DNA from: Patescibacteria group bacterium UBA3533
GTDB taxonomy: Bacteria; Patescibacteriota; Minisyncoccia; Phycocordibacterales; Phycocordibacteraceae
Assembly (NCBI GenBank): GCA_002376865.1
Contig: DFOU01000009.1
Coordinates: 7,788-62,166 of the forward strand
Direction: 5' to 3'
Length of the DNA stretch: 54,379 bases
The first letter of the stretch is position 1, and each line of letters begins with the position of its first letter. The notes beneath the pieces are model-generated. The model saw only the letters and a program-made list of their open reading frames with translations. It did no database searches and was not told the DNA's origin. Shown piece after piece: positions 9,648 through 18,292 of this stretch. Position numbers and translations under genes: made by a program.

Positions 9648-10352
9648 ATGCGAGAATTCATTGAACAAGTAAAGAAAGAACATAAGGTAGAAAAACCAGA
9701 AGGAGCAGAGCCGCTAGTGTGTAAGCCGGTAGATATTGAGCCATGGAGAGTGTTCCAGATCATGAGTGAGTTTGCTGATGGATTTGAGACACTTCAGAAG
9801 TATGGTCTCGCTGCTACATTTTTTGGAAGCGCACGATGCTCCATGGGAGACGATATCTATACGAGTGCTGAGGAGCTTGCAGGAAAGCTTGCTACTCGTG
9901 GGTTTACCATCATTACAGGTGGAAGCCATGGAATCATGGAAGCTGCCAATAAAGGAGCGTATGAGGCCGGAGGACAGTCTGTAGGGATGAATATTGAACT
10001 TCCTAATGAACAGACATCTAATCCCTATCTAACAGATTCTGTAGAGTTTGATCACTTCTTCTCTCGAAAGGTGATGCTTACCTTTGCTTCTGAGGTTTAT
10101 ATCTATTACCCAGGAGGATTTGGAACAATGGATGAATTCTTTGAAATTCTAACTCTTGTACAGACAAAGAAAATTAAACCTGTGCCTATCGTTTTGGTTG
10201 GGAAGGAGTACTGGCAACCAATTCTTGATTTAATTGAGACACAGTTTGCAGATAAGTTTAAAACAATTAGTGAAGGGGATATGAAGCTCTATCACCTCGT
10301 AGACACAGTAGATGAAGCGTATGAATACGCAGTAGCAAACGTTAAGTGTTAA
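9648..10352 (+). CDS. LOG-family (TIGR00730-type) nucleotide monophosphate nucleosidase
   Basis: FGSAR, TGGSHGIMEAAN, PGGFGTMDE. Confidence 0.92.
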   Translation: MREFIEQVKKEHKVEKPEGAEPLVCKPVDIEPWRVFQIMSEFADGFETLQKYGLAATFFGSARCSMGDDIYTSAEELAGKLATRGFTIITGGSHGIMEAANKGAYEAGGQSVGMNIELPNEQTSNPYLTDSVEFDHFFSRKVMLTFASEVYIYYPGGFGTMDEFFEILTLVQTKKIKPVPIVLVGKEYWQPILDLIETQFADKFKTISEGDMKLYHLVDTVDEAYEYAVANVKC

Positions 10353-10382
10353 CAAAAAAGCCCCTTGAGGGGCTTTTTTGTT
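10351..10382. terminator. Bidirectional terminator between the LOG and DoxX genes
   Basis: aacaaaaaagcccct-tg-aggggcttttttgtt. Confidence 0.85.
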
Positions 10383-10397
10383 TTGCGACACTAAAGA

Positions 10398-10820
10398 CTA
10401 GGTTGTCTCTTTTGGTAGCTCGCACTTTTGTACTGCTGCCTTTCGTGCTCCATGTACACTCACATACAGAAGTCCTCCAATGATTGCCATATTCTTTAGG
10501 AACTGGATCATTTCCATTGGGTCACTAAAGTTGCTGTGGAAAATCAAAGTTACAACGACAAGGAATCCTGCAATCGTAAATGATACAAGACGTGACCAGA
10601 ATCCAAACAAAAGCATGAGTCCTCCACCAAGCTCTACAAGGATCGCAATCACGATAGCTGCCTCAGGAAATGGAACTGAGAAGGCCTGTGCGTATGCTAC
10701 AGAACCTGCAAAGTCCATGAGCTTTCCAATACCACCCATGATAAAGAGGGAAGCAATTAAAATACGTCCTAATACCGGAGCCCAGAGTTCGTAGCTGCGA
10801 TTTGTATATGGCTTCAACAT
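10398..10820 (-). CDS. DoxX-family membrane protein
   Basis: GRILIASLFIMGGIGK, VELGGGLML, FLKNMAIIGGLL. Confidence 0.9.
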   Translation of the reverse strand: MLKPYTNRSYELWAPVLGRILIASLFIMGGIGKLMDFAGSVAYAQAFSVPFPEAAIVIAILVELGGGLMLLFGFWSRLVSFTIAGFLVVVTLIFHSNFSDPMEMIQFLKNMAIIGGLLYVSVHGARKAAVQKCELPKETT

Positions 10821-10996
10821 AATTATTTTTTAATTAATTATTAATAAATACCGATTAAATAATCTTATCCAAGTATACAGGAGGGAGGTAGAGGTTTAGA
10901 AGTGGATAGTTGTATTTAAAGTATTGGTGGCTTAAATACTATACGTGTCGCACAATATATCTTTTACGACAATAGTATAAACCATCTTATATATAA

Positions 10997-11027
10997 AGGA
11001 CCCGAGCATATGTATGCGCAGGTCCTT
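10997..11027 (-). terminator. Probable terminator of the SciP-CtrA fusion gene
   Basis: Imperfect hairpin aaggacc..gcatatgtatgc..ggtcctt just downstream of the stop codon. Confidence 0.5.
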
Positions 11028-11036
11028 GTATGAGTC

Positions 11037-11678
11037 CTAGGCAGCCTTCTGTGCAGCTCCAAGGACAAAGCCTTTCTTGATTATCCATCCACGTCCCCAG
11101 ACCGTCTCAATCATTTGTCCAAGTCCAGGACAAGCCGTATTGAGCTTTTTGCGGATTTTGTAGACGTAGACATCAATAATTTTCATATCAGGTTCAAAGT
11201 TCTTCCTGCTATAGAGAAGGTCTAAGAAAAGATCCTGAGACACCACCTCCCCTGCTTTAGAAGCAAGAAAGTGGAGGATAGAAGTTTCTATAGGAGTGAG
11301 TCTGATCCTGTAGTCATTGACGAAAATTTCCACAGAGACAGGGCAGCTCTCATGCCTTGTAAGGGCAGTGAGCCTAAAAACTCCTCCAAAGACATAAATG
11401 CCATCAGGCGCATCGATTTTGGAGAAAGGAGTTCTCCTAGTTTGTTTCAAACCATCTTCACCATGCATGGCAAACTGAGATTGCAATCTCTTGGCCTCGT
11501 CTTCACCCAAATGATACTGATGAAGAGCGTCTTCTTCAGAAAGAAGACCTGCCTCAACAGCTTTCATGAGGATGTATTTACGGTTTCTGGTCCAACGATT
11601 TTCACCCAAAAGTTCAGGTAAATCATAAGCGGTGATTATGTTCCCTCTCAGGTCATAAACAGTACTTAATTGATTCAT
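11037..11678 (-). CDS. Fusion of a SciP-like (DUF1153) domain and a CtrA-like OmpR/PhoB winged-helix DNA-binding domain, with no receiver domain
   Basis: N-term DLP..RWTRNRK..AV..GLLS..DA..Y.L..HG..GL..TR fits the SciP pattern; C-term LT..E..L..L..K.G..LY...EPDMKIIDVYVYKIRKKL..IETVWGRGW fits the CtrA effector domain; SD GAGGAG; ends in KAA. Confidence 0.8.
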   Translation of the reverse strand: MNQLSTVYDLRGNIITAYDLPELLGENRWTRNRKYILMKAVEAGLLSEEDALHQYHLGEDEAKRLQSQFAMHGEDGLKQTRRTPFSKIDAPDGIYVFGGVFRLTALTRHESCPVSVEIFVNDYRIRLTPIETSILHFLASKAGEVVSQDLFLDLLYSRKNFEPDMKIIDVYVYKIRKKLNTACPGLGQMIETVWGRGWIIKKGFVLGAAQKAA

Positions 11679-11747
11679 TAGAAAATCTCCTCTATTTGAA
11701 GTTTCTTCTTACTAAAACTTACGCAAAAAGGAGATCTTTTGCAATAC

Positions 11748-12392
11748 CTAACTTTTCTTAATAATATCAATCACCTTCCCACTAATCTGGAAGTCATCCT
11801 CAGGGTGAATCATTATTGGAGAGTATTCCTCTGTAGAGTCTGCCTCAAGCATGATTCTTTCATTCTCTTTATCGAGCTTGTATCGCTTGATAGTAGCCAT
11901 ACCATCGATCACAGCAACGATAATATCTCCGTCTTTAGGAACAACTTGAGATTTATCTACAATTACAAAGTCTCCATCCTCAATAGTTAGATTTCCACGT
12001 ACAACAGCCTTATTCATAGAAGGCCCACTTGTAACAAGTGCATAGAGGTCCTGACGACGCTTTGGAAGCAAACTTGAAGATACTTTCACATACCCTTCTG
12101 TACGCTCCTCAGCAAAGATTGTGGCAGGTCCACAGTTGGCAGCTCCTACAATAGGAATTGAATAGAACAAACTCTTCACTCCAGTAGCAAATCCTCTCTT
12201 AACAGGCTTTATAAGACCTTTGGATAGATCAATCTGAATAAGGCCAGCTTTTTCTAATTGTCCTAGGTGGTATTTCACAACCTGAGGCTTTCCTTCTTGG
12301 TCAATTAATTTGGCAATTTGTCGCAAACTTAGGTTTCCGATCTTGGCTTTACTTCTAATAAGTGTCAGTAATTGTGCTTGTGTTACGTGCAT
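11748..12392 (-). CDS. LexA/CI-like repressor with S24 autopeptidase domain
   Basis: N-terminal HTH (SLRQIAKL..VKYHLGQLEKAGLI), probable ANCG cleavage site, catalytic Ser (GPSM) and Lys (TIKR). Confidence 0.85.
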   Translation of the reverse strand: MHVTQAQLLTLIRSKAKIGNLSLRQIAKLIDQEGKPQVVKYHLGQLEKAGLIQIDLSKGLIKPVKRGFATGVKSLFYSIPIVGAANCGPATIFAEERTEGYVKVSSSLLPKRRQDLYALVTSGPSMNKAVVRGNLTIEDGDFVIVDKSQVVPKDGDIIVAVIDGMATIKRYKLDKENERIMLEADSTEEYSPIMIHPEDDFQISGKVIDIIKKS

Positions 12393-12470
12393 ATACTAGG
12401 ATTATAGCACCACTCCCCTCTCCTAATCACATAACTGTGGAAAACTATTTTACACCGTTGACACTCTAAT

Positions 12471-13550
12471 TTAATGACTATGCGTATGCCCCCCTTTCTC
12501 TTTTCCTGTAAGGAATAAGATGGCAATAAAGGTAGTAAGTGGTACGGCAAGTACAATACCAATAGTTCCAACTGCAGTTCTAATAATCTCAGCTGCAAAT
12601 AACTCTCTATTTAAAATAAGTGAGAGTTCTGTTGTTGAGTGAGCGAACACAAGAAGCAAAGGAAGAGATGCTCCAGCGTATGCAAGTGCTAGGGTGTTCA
12701 CGAGTGCTCCAACATGCTCCTTCCCTATTCTCATTGAACGAACAAGTGCCTCCTGCTTCCTTACACCACTTGCAAGCAATTCTCGCACTGCAGATGCTTG
12801 CGTTACCGCAACATCATCGAGCACTCCAACCATTCCGATAATAATGGCACTGAGGAAGATTCCAGAGAGATTGAGTGCTCCATCGGTAAGAGTGTTAAGA
12901 AATACTGTTGATTCAGCTGCAAAGCCTGAAATTTTTGCAAAGTACGTAACGGCAAGGGCTAACAATGCTGCTACAACAACAGCAATTGAAGTTCCAATAA
13001 ATGCTGCAAAGGTTGTTTTGGAGATTCCATGGGTGAGGGCCATAACAATAGCCAAAATACCTATAGCAACAGAACTTCCAACAAGCAGTGGTGGGTACCC
13101 AGCGAGCAATAGTGGCACCAATACAAAAACAATAAGGCTAATACTTGCCACAAGCGCTGCTATTGCTCTAAATCCTGCAAATCCACCAAGCACTACCACT
13201 GCTCCAATGGCAAGGAGTGTAATAAAGAGAAGGGCTCCCCTTCTGTCAGGCTCCCCAACTGAATACACCATTTCTCCACTAAATGATTGGATTGAAGAAA
13301 CAAAGAATGTGTCCCCCACCTTGCTTGTAAAGTAATCATTTTCAAGAGTAATAACTTCTCCTGTATTGGGACCAGTGAGTATCTCTACCTCAAGGTCTTG
13401 AATAGTTGTCTCTTGAGTAAATCCAGGAAGGATTTCCGTTCGTGGCCCTGTCGCCTCAAGTACTTGTACGCGAAATTGCTCCGGCTCCTGGGCGAGAGCC
13501 AGACTTGGCAATAAAAGGAGTCCAAGAAAGAGTGTTCCTAATTTATTCAT
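12471..13550 (-). CDS. YibE/F-family membrane protein
   Basis: GVLDDVAVTQASAV, VNTLALAYAGASLP, His-rich C-terminus. Confidence 0.9.
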   Translation of the reverse strand: MNKLGTLFLGLLLLPSLALAQEPEQFRVQVLEATGPRTEILPGFTQETTIQDLEVEILTGPNTGEVITLENDYFTSKVGDTFFVSSIQSFSGEMVYSVGEPDRRGALLFITLLAIGAVVVLGGFAGFRAIAALVASISLIVFVLVPLLLAGYPPLLVGSSVAIGILAIVMALTHGISKTTFAAFIGTSIAVVVAALLALAVTYFAKISGFAAESTVFLNTLTDGALNLSGIFLSAIIIGMVGVLDDVAVTQASAVRELLASGVRKQEALVRSMRIGKEHVGALVNTLALAYAGASLPLLLVFAHSTTELSLILNRELFAAEIIRTAVGTIGIVLAVPLTTFIAILFLTGKEKGGHTHSH

Positions 13551-13788
13551 TGTCTAGATGCTTTGTGAAATGCTTCTTGAGAGTTGCATCAAGTGCATTT
13601 TGAAAATCAATTGCATGCTTTGGAGTAAGTACAATCTCAGACATAAGCTGTCCTTGCTCTGTATTGGGTCGCACATAGGCAAACTGTAGCGTTACCGAAT
13701 CATTATTTACAGTTATCTGTGTAGCATTTGAAAATGACGGTTTTGCCTCAGCTGGTACCGTGATATTAACTTGTTTTTTCTCTTCCAT
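13543..13788 (-). CDS. Small hypothetical protein (DUF3467-like)
   Basis: FSN..I......LQF...P...IVLTPKHA pattern. Confidence 0.65.
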   Translation of the reverse strand: MEEKKQVNITVPAEAKPSFSNATQITVNNDSVTLQFAYVRPNTEQGQLMSEIVLTPKHAIDFQNALDATLKKHFTKHLDNE

Positions 13789-13789
13789 A

Positions 13790-13993
13790 TTAGTTCCAGA
13801 AGATTAGTGCGTCGACAAGATCAACAAGGAAGTTGATAAGCCAGTCCCAGGCGATAAGAACATACCCCCATACAAAACCTATATTTGCTTGCCCTGCTGG
13901 TGACTCAATAATTCCTTGTAGAGAGATTCCAAAGAAACTCAAAACAAGAAGGGCTACGATTACTAAAAGAATTAATTTTATTATGTGCGACAT
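13790..13993 (-). CDS. Small membrane protein
   Basis: Hydrophobic 67-aa ORF tightly packed in the operon. Confidence 0.65.
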   Translation of the reverse strand: MSHIIKLILLVIVALLVLSFFGISLQGIIESPAGQANIGFVWGYVLIAWDWLINFLVDLVDALIFWN

Positions 13994-13994
13994 A

Positions 13995-15308
13995 TTATAG
14001 ATATGATAACGGATTTAGGTACGCTTCGCGAGGGGCAACGGGGATATGTGCATTTGGACAATTGGTTGAAGCTTTAATATCTCCAAAGCGAACAATCTGT
14101 ACTCCTTGGCTAGCGAAGACTGCAAAGTGCAAATGAGGTCCTGTACTGAAGCCAGTGTTTCCTGAATAGCCAATAACATCTCCAGTACTTACCCTTTGTC
14201 CTGAAGAAACTGAAATGTCAGACATGTGAGCATAGAGCGTAGAGAGCCCATTTGCGTGCTCAAGCAATACCCACTTCCCGTATGAATAACATCCAGGATA
14301 TTGATCTGTATTTCCCGTCCCTTTCACAACTCCAGCCAAGGCTGCTTCAAGTGGTGTCCCGGTAGATGCTCCGAAATCAACTCCATTGTGCCCTCGTCCG
14401 CTATACACCTGAGCATTTGCTGTAGCAAAAGGAGTATTTCCAAAGTACTGAGTTATACAGAAGATATTTCCATACCAACTTTCTCTGTCGCCACATCGAC
14501 GCATAAAGTCAGCAGAGAATGGCCACTTGAGTGTCCCTGATCCCACCTTTGGAATGCTGCTAGGATCAATGGCAATTTGAAGTTCTGCTTCAAGTGCCTG
14601 GAGATCTTTTTCAAACTCTTCCCTCGCCTCTTCTTTTTCCCGAATAAGTTTCTGATATGCACTCTCTTTACTCTCTGTTTGATCTAAAAGCTGATCCTTT
14701 TCCCTCTTTGCTACATCAAGTCCATACTTCTCAGATGAAAGGTCAGTCTTTAGAGCTGCAAGCTCTTTCCTTTTTCGCTCTGCAAGGTCTTTGTCTCCTG
14801 CAAGCGCTACCTGTACTTGCGTAATAGAGGCAACACTTGCCTGAAGTGCTCCTTGGAATTGTAGAAGGATTCCTGTCTCATTCCATACATCAGATACTTT
14901 CTCTTCTGAGAGAAGTTGTTCAATTAAGGTCTGTGCACTTGCCTTATGAATTTCTCGAAGAGATTTTGCAATAGCACTTTCATGCCCTTCGATAACATCT
15001 TCATTCTTTGCAATTTCAAATGAAAGCTCTTGGAGCGTTAGGTTTGCATTTGCGATTCGATTCTCTGTTACGCGAATGTCAGCAGAGAGTTTGTTCCGAG
15101 ATAGATCTAATTCTCTAATAGCGCTTTGGAGACTACTTTTCTCTGCTCCAACAACCTGAAGCTGTTGCTGGTACTCTGCAATTTGTCTTTCAATCTCTGC
15201 AATTTGGCTATTTCGACTTGAGATTTGATTTTTAAGATCATCAATACTTGCTGCAAGTGTAGGAATTGCAAACAAAAAGAATATTGCGACGGCAAGCAAG
15301 TATTTCAT
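13995..15308 (-). CDS. Secreted coiled-coil M23 peptidase (EnvC/CwlO-like murein hydrolase or activator)
   Basis: Signal peptide, long coiled coil, HNGVDFG, YAHM, STGPHLHF. Confidence 0.9.
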   Translation of the reverse strand: MKYLLAVAIFFLFAIPTLAASIDDLKNQISSRNSQIAEIERQIAEYQQQLQVVGAEKSSLQSAIRELDLSRNKLSADIRVTENRIANANLTLQELSFEIAKNEDVIEGHESAIAKSLREIHKASAQTLIEQLLSEEKVSDVWNETGILLQFQGALQASVASITQVQVALAGDKDLAERKRKELAALKTDLSSEKYGLDVAKREKDQLLDQTESKESAYQKLIREKEEAREEFEKDLQALEAELQIAIDPSSIPKVGSGTLKWPFSADFMRRCGDRESWYGNIFCITQYFGNTPFATANAQVYSGRGHNGVDFGASTGTPLEAALAGVVKGTGNTDQYPGCYSYGKWVLLEHANGLSTLYAHMSDISVSSGQRVSTGDVIGYSGNTGFSTGPHLHFAVFASQGVQIVRFGDIKASTNCPNAHIPVAPREAYLNPLSYL

Positions 15309-15323
15309 CTCGATTAGTATACC

Positions 15324-15353
15324 AAAAGCCCCGCATACATGTGTATGCGGGGC
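15324..15353 (-). terminator. Intrinsic terminator of the ORFan at 15360-15788
   Basis: gccccgcatac-atgt-gtatgcggggc hairpin with an adjacent A run on the plus strand. Confidence 0.75.
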
Positions 15354-15359
15354 GCGTCT

Positions 15360-15788
15360 TTATTGTTGGAGAACTGCAATGCGAATAGTCGCTCCGCGCG
15401 CATGTTCTGAGAGATCATCCATGCTGGGAATTGCTTTCACACTCCAACAGCGGTCTTCTCCATAGATCATGGCAAGAAAACCTTTGTCACCCGAGACACA
15501 TGCCTCTGGAATGTGTCCGGTGCATCGAACAGGTACCCCAGGAAACAATATAAATTGCCCTGCATGGTCGGAGCTTAAGTCCCGATTCTTCCAAAAATGC
15601 TCAGCCTCACCAAGGTTTGAAAATCGCGTTGCAGTTTGAAAACCGTTTACAACTGCATGAGGTGTCCTGGAATGGTATCCGTCCGAGGCAGGTAAAAAAC
15701 AAAGTGCTTCTGGAACCCCTATAGGCTCCTTTTGTGGAATAATCTCCCAGCCTGCAATTTCTGGAAGCACACGTGTGTATGTGGTCAT
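15360..15788 (-). CDS. Hypothetical ORFan protein (start taken at the ATG at 15788)
   Basis: SD-like AAAGGA upstream, own terminator, fills the intergenic gap. Confidence 0.65.
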   Translation of the reverse strand: MTTYTRVLPEIAGWEIIPQKEPIGVPEALCFLPASDGYHSRTPHAVVNGFQTATRFSNLGEAEHFWKNRDLSSDHAGQFILFPGVPVRCTGHIPEACVSGDKGFLAMIYGEDRCWSVKAIPSMDDLSEHARGATIRIAVLQQ

Positions 15789-15842
15789 CTTCTCACTATC
15801 CTTTCTGCTAAAGTCCAAATTCTTTTTATAGATATACTCCTT

Positions 15843-17168
15843 CTATCCAATCTTTTCAAGAGCAGTATCTATTCTTGCAAGAGATTCTTCCTTTCCAAGG
15901 ATAGGTAGGATGGTAAATGGATCAGGTGATTTATCACGTCCAGAAAGACAATATCTAAGTGGCCACAAAACGTCTCCTCTACCCATCTCTGTTGCATAAT
16001 CCCACACGGATGCTTTTAGAGCTTCTAAGTCGCTCCAGGCGTCATTTTGGAGCTCTGAAAGGGTGTTTTTTACGTATTCTAGGTGCTTTTTAGTGTCTTT
16101 TAGGTCTCCTTTGCCTTTAAAGAGTAGATTCTCTATCTCATACTCTGGAATCGCAAAAAAGAAGGTAATTTCATCCTTGTCAAAATCACTAAATTTATGC
16201 AGTCTCTCTCGTACAATTGGAAGTACTTTCTCCATCTTTTCAGATGAGAATTGTGGAAGATTCTCTACTTCGGAGAGATCAAGTCCTTCTAGGTACTCTT
16301 TGTCTTCTAGTTTATTCAAATGCTCTTTATTTACCCAATCAAGTTTCTCTAGAGAGAAGATAGCTCCACCTTTTTGTACTCGCTCAAGATCAAACTCTTT
16401 GATTAACTCTTCGAGTGTAAAGATCTCTTGCTCCCCTACTGGATGCCACCCAAGGAGTGCTAGATAGTTTATAAATCCTTCTTTGGTGTATCCCATCTGT
16501 CTGTACTCATCTACAGATGTAGCACCATGCCGCTTTGATAATTTTGATTTATCAGCTCCAAGGATAAGTGGAAGGTGTGCGTAGATTGGACGCTCATACC
16601 CAAGTGCTTCTTGGATGAGGATTTGCCTTGGTGTATTTGAAATATGATCTTCTCCTCGGATTACGTGAGTTATTCCCATCCGCTCATCGTCTACCACAAC
16701 GGCCAAGTGATAGAGAGGATCATCCTTTGCTCGTGCAATAACAAAATCTCCAAGCTCTGTTGTGTCAAAGGTTACATCTCCACGGACAATGTCATTAAAG
16801 GTAACTTCTTTTCCAGGGTTCTTGAGTCTTATTACTGTTACTTTCTTCCCTTCCTCCTTTTTACTCTCCTCCTCACTCTCATACGCTGCTCCACTCTCAA
16901 GGAGTTTCTCTATTGCAGCAATGTGATGCTCCACGTCTTCGCTCTGACGATAAAACTCATCATGATCAAGTCCAAGCCACTTAAGACCTTCTAGTATATT
17001 GTCTTCAAATTCTTTTGTAGATCGTTCTTTGTCTGTATCTTCACTGCGCAATATAAAATCTCCTCCGTGCTTTTTTGCAAAGAGATAGTTAACAAGCACT
17101 GTACGTGCTGTACCCATATGGAGTACTCCTGTTGGAGATGGTGGAACTCGTGTTCGGATCTTTTTCAT
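15843..17168 (-). CDS. gltX: Glutamate--tRNA ligase
   Basis: PSPTGVLHMG, RSEDTD, IRGEDH, KLSKRHG. Confidence 0.96.
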   Translation of the reverse strand: MKKIRTRVPPSPTGVLHMGTARTVLVNYLFAKKHGGDFILRSEDTDKERSTKEFEDNILEGLKWLGLDHDEFYRQSEDVEHHIAAIEKLLESGAAYESEEESKKEEGKKVTVIRLKNPGKEVTFNDIVRGDVTFDTTELGDFVIARAKDDPLYHLAVVVDDERMGITHVIRGEDHISNTPRQILIQEALGYERPIYAHLPLILGADKSKLSKRHGATSVDEYRQMGYTKEGFINYLALLGWHPVGEQEIFTLEELIKEFDLERVQKGGAIFSLEKLDWVNKEHLNKLEDKEYLEGLDLSEVENLPQFSSEKMEKVLPIVRERLHKFSDFDKDEITFFFAIPEYEIENLLFKGKGDLKDTKKHLEYVKNTLSELQNDAWSDLEALKASVWDYATEMGRGDVLWPLRYCLSGRDKSPDPFTILPILGKEESLARIDTALEKIG

Positions 17169-17205
17169 TTGTTTGATAATACCAGAGGTGCACATTTAAT
17201 AAAGC

Positions 17206-17228
17206 AAAAGCCCGCGCGGTGGCGGGCT
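17206..17228 (-). terminator. Terminator of the ORFan at 17236-17643
   Basis: agcccgc-gcggtg-gcgggct hairpin with A run on the plus strand. Confidence 0.65.
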
Positions 17229-17235
17229 AATGTGC

Positions 17236-17643
17236 TTATGCACTGCTGCGAACATCTAACTGTCTTGCCTTGAAAACAGAATTCGCCAGCTCAGAAATCT
17301 CTGTAAAAAGAGTGTGTTCTTCTCCCAGGAGTTCTGCAATTTTTTCAAAAGAAGGATATTCTCCTTTTTGAGAAATTTGAGAAAACGGCCTGTCTGCCGT
17401 GTGGGTAGAGCCTGCCGCATAAGCTTCATTTACAAGTTTGGAAATGTCGCCGCGGAAACCGGTCTTATCCGCGATAATCTCGATCGCCATCATAAGATAA
17501 CGAAAGTGAAAGTACTCAAACGTGAAAGTGTCCACAACCCTTGTAAGCGGAAGGAGGTCGTCACTAGGCTTAGAGCCAAAGTGTACAACCAGATACCTTT
17601 CCTCAGGGTTTTGTTTTTGGCACACAGAGACTTTAATAGACAT
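17236..17643 (-). CDS. Hypothetical ORFan protein
   Basis: SD AGGAG, repeated promoter unit upstream, terminator downstream. Confidence 0.7.
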   Translation of the reverse strand: MSIKVSVCQKQNPEERYLVVHFGSKPSDDLLPLTRVVDTFTFEYFHFRYLMMAIEIIADKTGFRGDISKLVNEAYAAGSTHTADRPFSQISQKGEYPSFEKIAELLGEEHTLFTEISELANSVFKARQLDVRSSA

Positions 17644-17670
17644 CTCGTTCTCCTATTTCAATCTGGTGCC

Positions 17671-17701
17671 ACTAAAGCATTATTTTAGGCACCATTCAAG
17701 T
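17671..17701 (-). promoter_or_regulatory. Repeated promoter-like unit, copy 1
   Basis: ACTTGAAT-ggtgcctaaaataatgc-TTTAGT, 17-bp spacer. Confidence 0.6.
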
Positions 17702-18227
17702 CTGCGTAATTGAAGAGTACAGAGAATGGTACACACCAGTACATTACATAGCGGTACTCACTTAGATCTACTCCTTCAGGAACAGTGTAGTTAATATTTC
17801 CTTTTGTACCTCGTATAGGCCCCAGATCTATATAATCTTTTCCTTCAATATCTTTGCTTAGATATAGGTGGAGTTGTGGACCATTAATTGTTTCAAAATC
17901 TTCGTATCGAATGATTGTTTCTTCTAGATTCTCTACAATCCTTACGCTTCCAGAAGCTGGGTGTCCAAATGTCCCCATAACAGGAAATGATTCTGAGATA
18001 GCAAGCATTTCAGGAATCTCTTCCACCATTTCTTCTTTCTCTTCCTCATTTGCTTCTACCATAAGATTTTCCATCTCTACTTTCTGCTCAGGAGTTAGCT
18101 TCTCTACCCCACTTGCAACTTCAGGGAGTGCGTCATCTACTTCTTGTACGTTAAAGAGTGGCCCTACGAAATAATAGAGTGCTCCGATAATCGCGATAAC
18201 AATAATTGTGATGATAAGGTTTTTCAT
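17685..18227 (-). CDS. DM13-domain protein with N-terminal membrane anchor
   Basis: H.ASG..NGPQLHLYLS..DLG....GN.NY.VP..VDL..Y..V..WCVPFSVLF. Confidence 0.88.
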   Translation of the reverse strand: MKNLIITIIVIAIIGALYYFVGPLFNVQEVDDALPEVASGVEKLTPEQKVEMENLMVEANEEEKEEMVEEIPEMLAISESFPVMGTFGHPASGSVRIVENLEETIIRYEDFETINGPQLHLYLSKDIEGKDYIDLGPIRGTKGNINYTVPEGVDLSEYRYVMYWCVPFSVLFNYADLNGA

Positions 18228-18260
18228 ATGAGTTAATGATAGCAGTACCTAAAAATATGA

Positions 18261-18292
18261 AAAGGGCGTGTGGTTTGTACCAGCACGCCCCT
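18261..18292 (-). terminator. Terminator of the Nudix-like ORF
   Basis: gggcgtg-tggt..acca-gcacgccc hairpin with adjacent A run. Confidence 0.6.

Noticed and set aside
10830-10844. TTAA-N7-TTAA (CtrA-box match) upstream of doxX, near the SciP-CtrA gene
   Set aside because: It lies in a pure A/T tract just before the start codon, where such a match is expected by chance.
10947-10972. TGTCG-N16-CGACA inverted repeat resembling the box at 32993-33021
   Set aside because: The arms are only 5 bp, the spacing differs and the spacer is unrelated; too weak without a genome-wide scan.
12694-13335. Long antisense ORFs (12694-13335, 41396-41956, 49006-49470 and similar)
   Set aside because: They are shadows of well-supported genes on the opposite strand, with no motifs of their own.
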